Shown here in pieces: positions 43,012 through 54,477 of a DNA stretch of 64,000 nt; position 1 is the stretch's first letter, and each line of letters opens with the position of its first letter. The notes below the pieces were generated by a model. It did no database searches. It had not been told where the DNA came from and saw only the letters and a list, made by a program, of their open reading frames with translations. Origin of the DNA: Candidatus Atelocyanobacterium thalassae (GTDB lineage: Bacteria > Cyanobacteriota > Cyanobacteriia > Cyanobacteriales > Microcystaceae); contig JBFPLN010000001.1 in NCBI GenBank assembly GCA_051971635.1, forward strand, positions 128,001 through 192,000, in the 5' to 3' direction. The position numbers and the translations under genes are program-made.

Positions 43012-46000
43012 TTATGTAAAGTTTAAACTTAATTGAATGTAATTAGATGATTGTTCTTTTGCCTCACATTTTAATTTGAATGAGCAATATTCTTCGAACC
43101 ACCATTCAGAGTTACCAGAAAGCTTTTGGTCCTTCAAAAGCCATTTTTCAAAAACCTGTTCTCTATTGTCACTAGGAGGAACTACTTGATAAACACGAAA
43201 TCTTTTTTTGCCTAATTTTTGACTTCCACAACTATTAATACTGAATCCTATTTTATCTAGTAATTTTCTTATAATTGTAATTGGGCTAGCATTATTTGCA
43301 ATACCAATTCCTATTATAGATTTAATATCTCGTTTGTTACTTATCGCTAAATGTGACATTTTTACTAAATCAGGATCAATATTAATTATTTTTCTATTTA
43401 TATTATGTAACAAAGTATGTATTCCTAAAACTTCTAATATTCCTATAGTTGCTCCTAATTGAGAACTATTGAAATCAGGTAAAAATATACTTCCTTCACC
43501 TTGTTCTATCATTTTTTGCGCTATCTTAGCATCTCTTTCTGCTAAATGAGTACGACCTTTTGTTAGAAAATAATGAATTCTTAATTTTTGGTACCATCCA
43601 TTATCATCTAGCATAACTAACTCTGGTGTAACAGGTATGGAATAAAGTGATTTTAGATTATATTTTCTTAATTTCCTTCGCTCCATAGCAGTCTTAACCA
43701 AAGATCTTTTTAAGACTTTATATTCCTCTTTAGTTAAATCTCCAGCTAGACTAATACTTTCAGATTCTAATTTATAGTTATTCTCTCTAATCTCTTCGAT
43801 AGCTTCTATTAAGCTATTCTTCTTAGGAGAAACATATAATTTTTTATTTTGAGACTTTCTCCTTTGAAGACTTTTATTCTCATTAGAAAATTCAACTTTA
43901 TGATTAGCTCTTTGAAGAAAATTAATTATTGTTTCTCGATACGTAATCATTTTTGTATTCATGCGTACTGCCATTTTCCCCCAACATAATAAGGACTCTC
44001 CTTGAAAACCTATATCTAGATCATCTAGGGACTCTAAATCAGACTGTTGCAAAAATCTAATATTTAAATTTGTTATTCGATGGCCTGAAGTTAGTAAGCC
44101 TGGAATTGATACTGAACCGTTACCTACTTTATTGAATCCATAAGAAGCAAGCCAGAGATAACGAGGAATGTTTTCCCTTATTCTCCCAAGTGATTGAATA
44201 ACAGATGTAGGATTTTGGATTCCTTGAGCTAAGCACCAGACAGAGCTAAAATGTCCTTTTATGTCAATACTAATTCCTGTTTCCAGAACAGGACTGGTGA
44301 TAACAATATCGTATTTAGTTAGTATCGAATCTAAATCATTAATACATTTATAGGCATTATGATTTGGATCTGCTAAAGATTCAGAATCAATGCGAAGAAT
44401 TTTGGTACTAGGAAATCGTTGTTGTAAATATAATTCCAAAGTCTGCGTACCCCATTTACTAGTCAATTTTTGGGCAGATAAACAAATATAAGGTTTACCT
44501 CCTTGTTGTATATGTTCTACTAAGTCTTTTAAAAATTTTCTAGGAGTATTTTCTATATAGTTGTAAGCTTTCCATGTACTTGAAGATTTAGGTATCCAGT
44601 TATTTCTAACTATATAAGGCTCTATAGGATATCCAGATAAGGCAGTTAAATACTCCACAGAAATATTACTAAGGTCAGCATCAGCAATAAATATCCTACC
44701 CTCTCCGCTCATAACTTTCTGTATTAAGCTTTTCAAACACTTGAGGATAGAGACTCGATTATTAGAACAGGTCTCAGAATTAAGACCATGCCAAAGTACT
44801 TGTTCAACTTCATCAATAATTATTAGTGCATCTTGCCAATCATGTGGATTAAAGTTTGCTTGTGATTTTTTGTGCAAAGAATCAATACATAGACCGTATC
44901 CTAAACATTCTGCCGAGTTGCTATCCTTACATTCTGTAATATATGACAGTCCAAAACGTTGACATAATTGCTCAACTAATTTGATACGGTGTCCAATTAC
45001 CAAAATTTTCTGTTTTTTTGCAATTGCTTTTTGAACAATTTTAGATAAAAACTTAGTTTTTCCTGTACCGATGCCAGACTTAATAGCAACTAGTCTTTTT
45101 GTTTCAGGTATTGATAGATTAGGGATATAGGGAGTATTAATTTCTAAATCAGAGTTAAGCGTTAAATTATTTAGTTCTTTTGCTTTCCAAGTTTCAATAG
45201 GAAAAGCTTGTTCATAACATCTATCAAAAGCGTTATTACCAGAATTTAATAAAAAGTCATCTACTCCCTTTCCATCTCTTAAATCCCAGGTAGTAACTTT
45301 AACTTGACATCCTAAAGAATTCATGAGAAATCCTAATTTTCTTACTGCTTTATTAACAGCTTTAACAGTGTTCGGTTTATTATCTTGATCAAAGGCAATA
45401 TAAACAGTTCTCCCTGTTACAACTAATTTATGTAATTGAGGAATTAAATAAGATTTTCCAATGCGATGACCAATCTCATTTTTTGGGGTACGGTAGCCAT
45501 TATTAATACCAGGAAGAGCAATCGCAACATAACCTGCAGTTAATAGTGCACCTGCTTTTTTTGCACCTTCTGTTATACAAAGTGGAATAGACTTATTATC
45601 GATTACCCATTGCCAAAATCCAAAATCTGATTGCGATTTATCAACTGTTTCCGGTTTAAATTCAATATCATACCTTTGAGCTATTCTTCGCCATAGATGT
45701 AATGGTACTCTTAAAGCAAAAATACCTGTTGGTGTCTTTGGAGGATGTTCATATCTAATTATTTTATTTTCATCATAGTTAAAACGTGGTTTGTCTGGTT
45801 TGAAGCATCCCCAAAGATCACTAGTTCCTGTCATAATGTCTATACCAGAACACCACCAACCTCCTTTCTCTACATGCTCATAACGCTTCAAGATAGAATT
45901 ACTCAATCTACCATCATTCCTTCTAGCAAGTTCATCAGAATATAGTAAATATTCTGATGGAGAAGTTCCTTTTAAAGTTTTTACGTTTAATTCAATCAAT

Positions 46001-46044
46001 TGCCTATCAACGCAACTGTTTAGCCATTCTTGTTCGTGTCCCAC
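43012..46044 (-). CDS. Plasmid-type replication protein of the CyRepA1 family (DUF3854/TOPRIM primase-like + helicase)
   Basis: YEHPPK, ITEGAKKAG.LL, IAFDQD, KGVDD (TOPRIM-like); SGIGTGKT Walker A, IIDEVEQ Walker B, SPVLETGISID, QSLGRIR. Confidence 0.87.
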   Translation of the reverse strand: MGHEQEWLNSCVDRQLIELNVKTLKGTSPSEYLLYSDELARRNDGRLSNSILKRYEHVEKGGWWCSGIDIMTGTSDLWGCFKPDKPRFNYDENKIIRYEHPPKTPTGIFALRVPLHLWRRIAQRYDIEFKPETVDKSQSDFGFWQWVIDNKSIPLCITEGAKKAGALLTAGYVAIALPGINNGYRTPKNEIGHRIGKSYLIPQLHKLVVTGRTVYIAFDQDNKPNTVKAVNKAVRKLGFLMNSLGCQVKVTTWDLRDGKGVDDFLLNSGNNAFDRCYEQAFPIETWKAKELNNLTLNSDLEINTPYIPNLSIPETKRLVAIKSGIGTGKTKFLSKIVQKAIAKKQKILVIGHRIKLVEQLCQRFGLSYITECKDSNSAECLGYGLCIDSLHKKSQANFNPHDWQDALIIIDEVEQVLWHGLNSETCSNNRVSILKCLKSLIQKVMSGEGRIFIADADLSNISVEYLTALSGYPIEPYIVRNNWIPKSSSTWKAYNYIENTPRKFLKDLVEHIQQGGKPYICLSAQKLTSKWGTQTLELYLQQRFPSTKILRIDSESLADPNHNAYKCINDLDSILTKYDIVITSPVLETGISIDIKGHFSSVWCLAQGIQNPTSVIQSLGRIRENIPRYLWLASYGFNKVGNGSVSIPGLLTSGHRITNLNIRFLQQSDLESLDDLDIGFQGESLLCWGKMAVRMNTKMITYRETIINFLQRANHKVEFSNENKSLQRRKSQNKKLYVSPKKNSLIEAIEEIRENNYKLESESISLAGDLTKEEYKVLKRSLVKTAMERRKLRKYNLKSLYSIPVTPELVMLDDNGWYQKLRIHYFLTKGRTHLAERDAKIAQKMIEQGEGSIFLPDFNSSQLGATIGILEVLGIHTLLHNINRKIINIDPDLVKMSHLAISNKRDIKSIIGIGIANNASPITIIRKLLDKIGFSINSCGSQKLGKKRFRVYQVVPPSDNREQVFEKWLLKDQKLSGNSEWWFEEYCSFKLKCEAKEQSSNYIQLSLNFT

Positions 46045-46622
46045 TCTTTTTTCTCCACTTTTAATGCCATAAAAGCATTATCTATCGTGTTAGGATCTAA
46101 ATCCTAAGGAAAAAAAACTAAATATGGAAGATACAAATAAACTACTATGCTAAAAGAATAATTTAAATATCTTAACTATAAGTTAAACTTATAGTTCCAA
46201 AATATAAAAACTTAAAGCAAATTTATGAACATATAGATATAGCTTTCTATTCAAAATCTTTTTAAATTTGATATAAGACTATGATCTTCTTACTCTTGAG
46301 AAAGAATAGTAAAGTTAAAATATTTATTATTTAAAATTAATCTGTATGTATGAATGATATTTCTCTTGATATCTAGAAGAGTGAAAAAAAAATCAGCATC
46401 TAACATATTGGTTTTATATTTAAATTCGAGAGTTAGTAAATATTCTTATACATTTCTTAAATTATCTAATTTTTTTGAAAATACAGTGTCATATTATCTT
46501 AAACTTATTTATCTAGTAATAAAACTTTAATCACAAAGAGCAACATTGCCTCTAAAATCAATGTCAGCATTGTTCATAGAATTTTACAAAACATATAAAA
46601 ATTAATTCTAGGAGGAAGATTT

Positions 46623-47660
46623 ATGATTATAGTCATGAAAAATAATTCTCGAATTGATGAAATTGAACACGTTAATAGGGAACTTGAAAATTGGGAATTG
46701 AATCCTAGAAAAATTATTAGTAAACATAAGACTATTGTTGGATTAACAGGAGAAGCTACTTCTCTTAGACCATCAGTAATTAAAGAAATTAACCCATGGA
46801 TTGAAAGTGTTTTGTTATTAGAACATCCTTTTAAGCGCGCAAGTCTAGAGTATTTCGGCGGAGAATATAGTGAAGTTATTGTTAACACTCCTAATGGAAT
46901 TATTCCAATCGGTAAAAATCATCCCATAGCCGTTGTAGCTGGTCCTTGCTCGGTCGAAGATAAAACTATGATTATTAAGACTGCTCAGCAAGTTAAGGCC
47001 TCGGGAGCTAAATTCTTAAGAGGCGGTGCATACAAGCCTCGCACTTCTCCATATGCTTTTCAAGGGTATGGAGAAAGTGCTCTGGAATTATTATCTATTG
47101 CCAAAGAAGAAACCGGTTTAGGTATCATAACGGAAGTTATGGATGCTAGTGATTTGGATAAAATTAAAGAAGTCGCTGATGTTATTCAAGTAGGAGCCAG
47201 AAATATGCAAAATTTTTCTTTGCTTAAAAAAGTTGGCTCTCAAGACAAGCCCGTTCTTCTTAAGCGAGGAATAGCGGCTACTATTAATGAATGGTTGATG
47301 GCTGCTGAATATATCTTAGCTGCTGGAAATCCTAATGTTATTCTTTGTGAGAGAGGAATTCGAACTTTTGATACTAAATATACACGCAATACTTTAGATT
47401 TATCTGCAATACCAGTTTTGCGCTCTCTAACTCATTTACCAATTATGGTTGATCCTAGTCATGGTACTGGACAAGCAGATTATGTTCCTTCTATGGCTGC
47501 TGCTGCAGTAGTAGCAGGAACAGATTCCTTAATGATTGAAGTACATCCGAATCCTGAAAAAGCTTTATCAGATGGAATTCAATCATTAACTCCAGTGGAA
47601 TTCGATAATCTTATGTATAAAATAATGATTATTGCCCAGACAGTTCATAAATTAAAATGA
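46623..47660 (+). CDS. aroF: DAHP synthase, type I-beta (3-deoxy-7-phosphoheptulonate synthase)
   Basis: AGPCSVE, RGGAYKPRTSPY, GARNMQNF, LLKRG, DPSHG; N-terminal regulatory domain MIIVMK. Confidence 0.95.
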   Translation: MIIVMKNNSRIDEIEHVNRELENWELNPRKIISKHKTIVGLTGEATSLRPSVIKEINPWIESVLLLEHPFKRASLEYFGGEYSEVIVNTPNGIIPIGKNHPIAVVAGPCSVEDKTMIIKTAQQVKASGAKFLRGGAYKPRTSPYAFQGYGESALELLSIAKEETGLGIITEVMDASDLDKIKEVADVIQVGARNMQNFSLLKKVGSQDKPVLLKRGIAATINEWLMAAEYILAAGNPNVILCERGIRTFDTKYTRNTLDLSAIPVLRSLTHLPIMVDPSHGTGQADYVPSMAAAAVVAGTDSLMIEVHPNPEKALSDGIQSLTPVEFDNLMYKIMIIAQTVHKLK

Positions 47661-47737
47661 TCAAATGCTTTTTTAATAAATTTATGCATCAGTATTTGCT
47701 ACAATTTCTTCATCTTTACTATTTTATTATTAACTAA

Positions 47738-48556
47738 ATGATTTGGCCATTTAAACTCAGAGCTAGTAAGCAAATTGCTCGTATTGAAGTTAAAGGAGTA
47801 ATAAATTCTGAAACCCGTAAGTTTTTATTAGAAGCATTGGAAACAGTAAAGCAAAAAAAATTTCCTGCTTTACTTTTACGTATTGACTCTCCAGGAGGAA
47901 CAGTTGGTGATTCCCAGGAAATTTATGAAGCCCTTAAGAGATTACAGAAAAAAGTTAAGATCGTAGCAACTTTTGGTAATATTTCAGCTTCTGGAGGAGT
48001 CTATATAAGTATGGGAGCACCATATATAATGTCTAATCCTGGGACTATTACTGGAAGTATCGGAGTTATTTTAAGAGGAAATAATTTTAAACAGTTATTA
48101 GATAAAATTGGAGTTTCTTTCCAAGTTGTTAAATCTGGACCCTATAAGGATATATTATCTTTTGATCGACAATTAACCACAGAAGAGGAAAAAATTCTTC
48201 AAGAGATGATTGATACTAGTTATCAGCAATTTATAGCTACCATATCTAAAGAACGTAATTTAGATATAAATAAAACGAAAAGCTTTGCTGATGGCCGTAT
48301 TTTTACAGGACAACAAGCACTAGAGCTAGGGATGGTGGATCGTCTAGGAAGTGAGGAAGATGCTCGACGCTGGGCTGCAGAGCTTGTTGGATTAGATCCA
48401 GAAAAAACCCCATGCTTTACTATTGAAGAACCAAAACCATTATTAAATCGTGTATTCTCTAAAGATAAAAGTCAGTCAAAATTTCTATTACTTAGTGATC
48501 GTATAGAATTTGAATTAAAAACTAGTGGACAGCTCTTATGGTTATATCATCCATAA
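47738..48556 (+). CDS. sppA: Signal peptide peptidase SppA (S49)
   Basis: RIDSPGG, SASGGVY, TGSIGV, KSGPYKD, ADGRIFTG. Confidence 0.94.
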   Translation: MIWPFKLRASKQIARIEVKGVINSETRKFLLEALETVKQKKFPALLLRIDSPGGTVGDSQEIYEALKRLQKKVKIVATFGNISASGGVYISMGAPYIMSNPGTITGSIGVILRGNNFKQLLDKIGVSFQVVKSGPYKDILSFDRQLTTEEEKILQEMIDTSYQQFIATISKERNLDINKTKSFADGRIFTGQQALELGMVDRLGSEEDARRWAAELVGLDPEKTPCFTIEEPKPLLNRVFSKDKSQSKFLLLSDRIEFELKTSGQLLWLYHP

Positions 48557-49421
48557 CTTATAATGCAATCAAGTTTATAAGGAATTAAATACTAAAAGCT
48601 AGTTTACAATAATAGGAATTATATTTTTAGGAAAATACTAAAAGTAATAATATGTAAGATATTAAACTAGATTTATAAAATAGAACGAAAAAAGAATAAA
48701 TCAAGTTTCAAAATAATACTATTACTAGTATTTACTAAGTAAATATAAACTATCAAGTTAATATTACTACTAATTAATATAAGAGCTATTATTCATATCA
48801 TAAATTTCTAATTTTTTCTTTAATTAGTAGAATGTGAACTAAAAACTAATATCAACATATCATAATCAGTAAATTTACTGATTTTTTTATTGAAAAACAA
48901 CAATATTTTCTGTAAATATAGAATGAAATTGTCATTTACGTTTTTTAATTAAACTATTATGAATAAATTACAGTTTTAATATAAGTTTACTCATTAACAT
49001 TTATAATTGCGTGAAAATATTATTTTTCTACTTTTCTAAGATGTTAAAATCATAAAGAATAATTACCCAATCTATAATATTAAATATTACAAATAAATTA
49101 TTTATGTCTAAAATAAAAGTTGAATAATAATTGTTTATTTGATGGTTCCTCTAGGGTTATTAATATATTAAAAAAAGTATATTTTACTTAATCTGTAAAA
49201 TTGAATATGTGACTAAATATAAATTTTATATTTAAGATTTTTTTATTGTATAAAATCTAAATTAATATTTATTAAACTTACTATAACTTATTAAATTAAC
49301 GAGTAAATAATTTAAAAAATCAAATGTCATCTTTTCCATGTAACTCTATTATCATAGTTCAAAACAAACTTCTTTTTACCAAATATAAACTAATAGTTAA
49401 ATTAAAAAAATTAATATTAGT

Positions 49422-49907
49422 TTACTGGGGGTTAGGACTAGAAGATAAAACATTTGGAATTTCTACTTCATTATTTATATCATCAGCAAAGTTACTAACT
49501 TTAAAGCAATTAGGCGTGAATAAAAAAATACTTTCACCAATACGTTCTTGATATCCTTCAATAGCGTAAGTTCCTCCGGCAACAAAATCTACAGCCCTTT
49601 GTCCTTCTTCTGATTCCATTGAATTCAGGTTAAGGACAACAGATTTTTGCTCCCGTAAAACTTGTATAACTTTAGGCATTTCATCAAATGATTTAGGTTC
49701 AACTACAACCACTTCAGCAATATTGCTGATTCTAGGCATTGAAACAACATTTGATTTTAACCAAGGATGTAGCTCGTTTTCACTAGAAATATCTTTTTTA
49801 TCTGATTCTTTCAACTCAAGATTAGAGTTTTCATTGACTTCCATATAATCGGAGTCATCATCAAAACATTCTGCCATAGACCAACGTTTTAATCTTTCTA
49901 AAATCAT
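49422..49907 (-). CDS. sepF: Cell division protein SepF
   Basis: [37 protein letters not shown]. Start uncertain (49907 or 49958). Confidence 0.93.
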   Translation of the reverse strand: MILERLKRWSMAECFDDDSDYMEVNENSNLELKESDKKDISSENELHPWLKSNVVSMPRISNIAEVVVVEPKSFDEMPKVIQVLREQKSVVLNLNSMESEEGQRAVDFVAGGTYAIEGYQERIGESIFLFTPNCFKVSNFADDINNEVEIPNVLSSSPNPQ

Positions 49908-50346
49908 TGTATATCTCACTAGTTTGCAAGTATTTACGGAAAAGTGATTAAATACCAAAACGCTATTCAGTATCTTCTAAATCCAAAGAAAAATTCTCTC
50001 AACTTCTAGAACTTTTATACAATATTCTAAAATTTCTTTTTGATCTAGAATAAAAAACTATAGATTATGGTATCTAAAAGATCTTCTATGATTGTCGTCA
50101 TGATACTCTAATATGTTCCCGTTGTATTATAAGAACCATATTTGATTTTGTAAGGATTAATTTTTTTCTTTCCACATTTTTTTATCTACCACTTATTTAA
50201 GATAGGAAATATAAGCTATTACATAGAGAAATATCTTGTCATTTTGTTATTTAATGGGAATTAGACTGAAATTTATACCAAACATAAAATTTTAAATATA
50301 GTAAGATTTTAGTTTTTATAGTTATTAAAAAGTATTTTAGTTATGT

Positions 50347-51996
50347 TTATTTTAATCGTCCTGAACGTAAAATACTAATAATTAGCCATACTCCTAAGAT
50401 ACTTGCCGAAGCGAATAAAATACTGCTTATTATAGATAACTGTTGTGTTGAAGAACCAACAGAAATAATTGCAGCCCCCATTATTAAAGAACCTAAAACT
50501 ATACTAAACGAAAGTCTATTCGCTGAAGCATCAATACTACGTCGTAAAGGTTCTAATTCTCGCAATCTTATGTTCCAGTTAAAAGTCTCTGATGATAATC
50601 TATCCAGTAAAGTTTCTATTCGCTGTGGAGTCTTTAGATAAATAGATTTTAAATCTAAAATTGTTCTCAAACCAGTCTGCAGAGGTGTATCTCCGATTAA
50701 TTGACGATAAAATAAGTTAGTCATTAGTGGATTTATTTCGTCAAAAAGATTTATAGATGGATTAAATTGTCTTGCTGTACCTTCCAAATTACCTAAACAT
50801 TTCGCATATAGTCCTAAATTTCCTGGAATTATTAATTTATTTTTTCGTGCAATCTGTAATATTTCATACACTACTTCACTGAAGTTAAATTGAGAAAGAT
50901 TTAGGTTGTGATACTTTTTTAAAATTTTCTCGTAATCATTTTTTAATCTTGATATTCCATCTATCTTATCTGATTCTGATAGCTTAAATGTCAGCTGAGC
51001 ACATCCTTGAGCATCCAAGTCAAAAATTGCTAATAATAATTCTACTAATATTTTTTGAGTATGTGAATCAATTTTTCCTATCATTCCACAATCAATAATA
51101 GCTATCCTACCATCATTTAAATAAAATAAATTGCCGGGATGAGGATCTGCATGAAAGAATCCATCAACATAAATTTGTTGAAAGAAAGCTCTAAAAAGTA
51201 AGGTAGTAATTTCTTTTCTTCTTTCTTCAGTAGATTTAATAGATTTAGGTATATTTAAATCAGCCTCTAAGATAGGTCTTCCATGTAACCATTCTAAAAC
51301 TAAAACTTTTTCTGTTGTTATTTCCCAATATACTTTAGGTGTTAATATTTCATTAGAATTAAACCAGAGACTTGAAGATAAATTATTACGAATAGTATCT
51401 GTATAACTTGCTTCTTTCGTAAAGTCTAGTTCAGACTGAATAGCTTCGCAAAACTCATCAACAAGTTTTGGAATATCATAATTTTTCCCAAATTCTGTTA
51501 ATGAAACTAATTCAGCAATTCCTTTAATTAAATTAATGTCTTGTTGTACTATTTTGTCAATACTTGGACGTTGGACTTTAATAGCTACTTCTTCTCCATT
51601 AAGGAGAATCCCACGATGAATTTGTCCAATAGAACCGGCTGCAATAGGTCTCTTTTCAATATTACTAAATATAGCCTTTATAGGCTTTGATAGCTGCTGA
51701 TTTAAAACTATTTCAATCTCTTTCCAAGAAACTGAAGGAACATTAGACTGTAAAGCAGTTAAGGCCTTAATATAGCTAGGAGAAAGAATGTCAGGACGTG
51801 TACTTAACAGTTGTCCTAACTTTACATAAAAAGGACCTAACTCTATTAGTATATTTCTTAATACCTCTGGAGTAGGAATCTGAGGATTTTCTGTTTTACC
51901 AGCTGTTAATAATCCTCTCATATATTCCCAGCCATTACTGAGAATAACTTCAAGAATTTCTCGTTGACGAGCACTAGTTTGAGTCAAAGAAAACAT
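50347..51996 (-). CDS. ABC1/UbiB/AarF family atypical kinase
   Basis: LGPFYVKLGQLLSTRPD, AAGSIGQ, VAIKVQRP, FFHADPHPGN, DCGM. Confidence 0.92.
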   Translation of the reverse strand: MFSLTQTSARQREILEVILSNGWEYMRGLLTAGKTENPQIPTPEVLRNILIELGPFYVKLGQLLSTRPDILSPSYIKALTALQSNVPSVSWKEIEIVLNQQLSKPIKAIFSNIEKRPIAAGSIGQIHRGILLNGEEVAIKVQRPSIDKIVQQDINLIKGIAELVSLTEFGKNYDIPKLVDEFCEAIQSELDFTKEASYTDTIRNNLSSSLWFNSNEILTPKVYWEITTEKVLVLEWLHGRPILEADLNIPKSIKSTEERRKEITTLLFRAFFQQIYVDGFFHADPHPGNLFYLNDGRIAIIDCGMIGKIDSHTQKILVELLLAIFDLDAQGCAQLTFKLSESDKIDGISRLKNDYEKILKKYHNLNLSQFNFSEVVYEILQIARKNKLIIPGNLGLYAKCLGNLEGTARQFNPSINLFDEINPLMTNLFYRQLIGDTPLQTGLRTILDLKSIYLKTPQRIETLLDRLSSETFNWNIRLRELEPLRRSIDASANRLSFSIVLGSLIMGAAIISVGSSTQQLSIISSILFASASILGVWLIISILRSGRLK

Positions 51997-52109
51997 AAAA
52001 TATTTATATGACTTTTTTATAAAAACAAAAAATTGAACATAGGAAATCTACATTGACTTAGTTAAAATGTTGACTAGTCTAGTCTATTAAAACAATAATA
52101 TTCAAATAT

Positions 52110-53171
52110 CTATAAGAAATTTTGGAATTCAGGATAATTCGCTATCTGTTTTAGTATTTGTTTAATATCTTGAGTACGATTTTTATCAACTACAAGAGTA
52201 ACATTTTTATCACGGACAATAACTAAATTTTCTAGACCAATAGTAGCAATCAACTCATTCTTTTCACTTGCATAAATAATAGAACCTGTCGTATCAAGAC
52301 CTATATGTTTACAATATTCTATATTAGTTGTTGTCGTGTCAGTTAATCGTTCTAGAGAATTCCAGTCTCCTAAATCATCCCAACCAAAATTAGCACTTAA
52401 TATATAGGTAAATTTAGTTTTTTCCATTAAAGCATAATCAATACTAATCTTTTCGAAATCTTGATAAGCATCTTTACCTTTCTTCCGAAGAGAGTTTAAA
52501 AGCTGAGGAGTATATTTTTCTAATTCTTGCAGCATAATATCTGCACGAAATATTAATATTCCACTATTCCAACTAAACTTACCATTTGCAATTAACAATT
52601 CCGCAGTTTTTTGATCAGGCTTTTCCATGAAACGGTTAACTTGATAGGCAGGAAGATTACCAACATAATTAATTAGTTTTCCTTGTTCGATATACCCATA
52701 ACCTGTAGAAGGATATGTTGGTTGAACTCCTAGTGTAATTATTGCATTTCCCGGAGAAGCTAATTGAAAAGCAGAATCTAAAGTGATTAAAAAATCTTCT
52801 TCGTTTTTTATCCAATGATCTGCAGGGAAAAATCCTATAATTACATTATTTCCATATCGTTTAACGATTTCTAATGTCGCCCATGCAACTGCAGGAGCAG
52901 TATCTTTCCCCTGAGGTTCAATTAGTATATTAGAGTCTACTAAATGTGGTAGATGCTTTTTAACGTTTTCAACAATAGAAGCAGTAGTAACAATCCAAAG
53001 ATTATTCCAACTTTTAGCTGCGGGCAGTAAGCGATTAGCTGTGGACTGTAATAAACTATCTCCAGTACTATCTAGAGATAAAAACTGTTTAGGATGTTTA
53101 CGGCGGGAAAGAGGCCAAAATCGTTCGCCTTTTCCACCAGCAAGAATTACAGGTATAAAAGATTGAGCCAT
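52110..53171 (-). CDS. manC: Mannose-1-phosphate guanylyltransferase
   Basis: ILAGGKGERFWPLSR...PKQF, PADH, EKP, WNSG, WDDLGDW. Confidence 0.92.
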   Translation of the reverse strand: MAQSFIPVILAGGKGERFWPLSRRKHPKQFLSLDSTGDSLLQSTANRLLPAAKSWNNLWIVTTASIVENVKKHLPHLVDSNILIEPQGKDTAPAVAWATLEIVKRYGNNVIIGFFPADHWIKNEEDFLITLDSAFQLASPGNAIITLGVQPTYPSTGYGYIEQGKLINYVGNLPAYQVNRFMEKPDQKTAELLIANGKFSWNSGILIFRADIMLQELEKYTPQLLNSLRKKGKDAYQDFEKISIDYALMEKTKFTYILSANFGWDDLGDWNSLERLTDTTTTNIEYCKHIGLDTTGSIIYASEKNELIATIGLENLVIVRDKNVTLVVDKNRTQDIKQILKQIANYPEFQNFL

Positions 53172-53540
53172 TTTGTCTGTATCATTCAGTATTTGAAATG
53201 ATTGTATCTCTAAATAACAAATTAGTTTAACTTTTAATTAATAAGTTGTGATATTGAACTTTGATGAAAATTAATAAGGAAGTTGTCAAACTTTATAGTT
53301 TTTGAATAATTATGACTACGTAAGTATAAAAAACAATATTTCCCATACTTTAGTTTTTATATAAACTTTAAAATTCTTTTATACCTTTATATTTTAAATG
53401 TTTTTATGTATATCATTATGTCTTGATTAATAGTGCTGAAGTTTATATTATTGCTATGCTATTAACTTATAATTATGCAGGCTATTAATATCCCTATAAA
53501 TTATGTATCGCACTGTTGTGAATAGTAAATCAGAAAACTT

Positions 53541-54431
53541 ATGTTAGGATTTATTGGTTTAAATAAACCATCAGGTTTAACATCCCATGATTGTATTAAT
53601 AAATTAAGAAAATTATTAGATATTAAAAAAGTAGGTCATGGAGGTACTCTTGATCCTGCCGCTACAGGTGTATTACCTATAGCAGTAGGGAAAGCAACAC
53701 GTTTATTACCTTTTTTGTCGGAAGATAAAACTTACAACGCCACTATAATTTTTGGATTACAAACTCAAACAGATGATTTGGAAGGAGAAATTATTAGAGT
53801 AAAATCTGCAATTAATCTTACTTTAGAAGACATTAAACCTTTGTTAAAAAATTTTGTAGGAGATATAGAACAAATTCCACCTTCATATAGCGCTATCCAA
53901 AAAGATGGTAAACGTTTGTATTCCTGTGCAAGAAGAGGAGAAAAACTGGATATACCAGCGAGAACAGTTAGAGTTAATATGATTAAAGTATTAAACTGGA
54001 ATCCTGGTGAGTTTCCAGAATTAACAATTAATATCCAATGTGGTCCAGGAACTTATATTAGGTCATTAGCTAGAGATTTAGGTAAAAAATTAGGTATTGG
54101 TGGAACTTTAGCTAAACTAGTTAGAACAGAAAGTTGCGGCATTATATTACCATACACATCAACTTTAGAAAGAATAAATAAACAATTAAAATATGATAAA
54201 TTTTCCCTAATCAAGCCAGAATTTTTATTAAAAAGACTTCCTGTTATAAAGTTATCTTCAGCAGAGAGTTTCCGCTGGTGCCAAGGGCAAAAAGTGCTCG
54301 CTGACATACAAAATGTAGTGTCTTTTGGAAAGTTTATTCGAATTAATAGTGAAGAAGAATTCCTGGGAATAAGTAGTTACATATATGAAAATAACGATAC
54401 ATTTCTTAAGCCTAAAGTCGTTATCAAATAA
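53541..54431 (+). CDS. truB: tRNA pseudouridine(55) synthase
   Basis: NKPSGLTSHD, GHGGTLDP.ATGVL, PP.YSA, GTYIRSLARD. Confidence 0.96.
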   Translation: MLGFIGLNKPSGLTSHDCINKLRKLLDIKKVGHGGTLDPAATGVLPIAVGKATRLLPFLSEDKTYNATIIFGLQTQTDDLEGEIIRVKSAINLTLEDIKPLLKNFVGDIEQIPPSYSAIQKDGKRLYSCARRGEKLDIPARTVRVNMIKVLNWNPGEFPELTINIQCGPGTYIRSLARDLGKKLGIGGTLAKLVRTESCGIILPYTSTLERINKQLKYDKFSLIKPEFLLKRLPVIKLSSAESFRWCQGQKVLADIQNVVSFGKFIRINSEEEFLGISSYIYENNDTFLKPKVVIK

Positions 54432-54477
54432 AGTATATAATACTCTTACTTAATTATAAGCGTTTAATAGTAAGTTA

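Noticed and set aside
43012..46620. Rep locus as an integrated plasmid or prophage
   Set aside because: No integrase, att-like direct repeats, par genes or cargo; the flanks are housekeeping genes. I saw no iteron array.
49324..49551. 75-aa plus-strand ORF
   Set aside because: Low-complexity AT-derived translation, overlapping sepF on the antisense strand.
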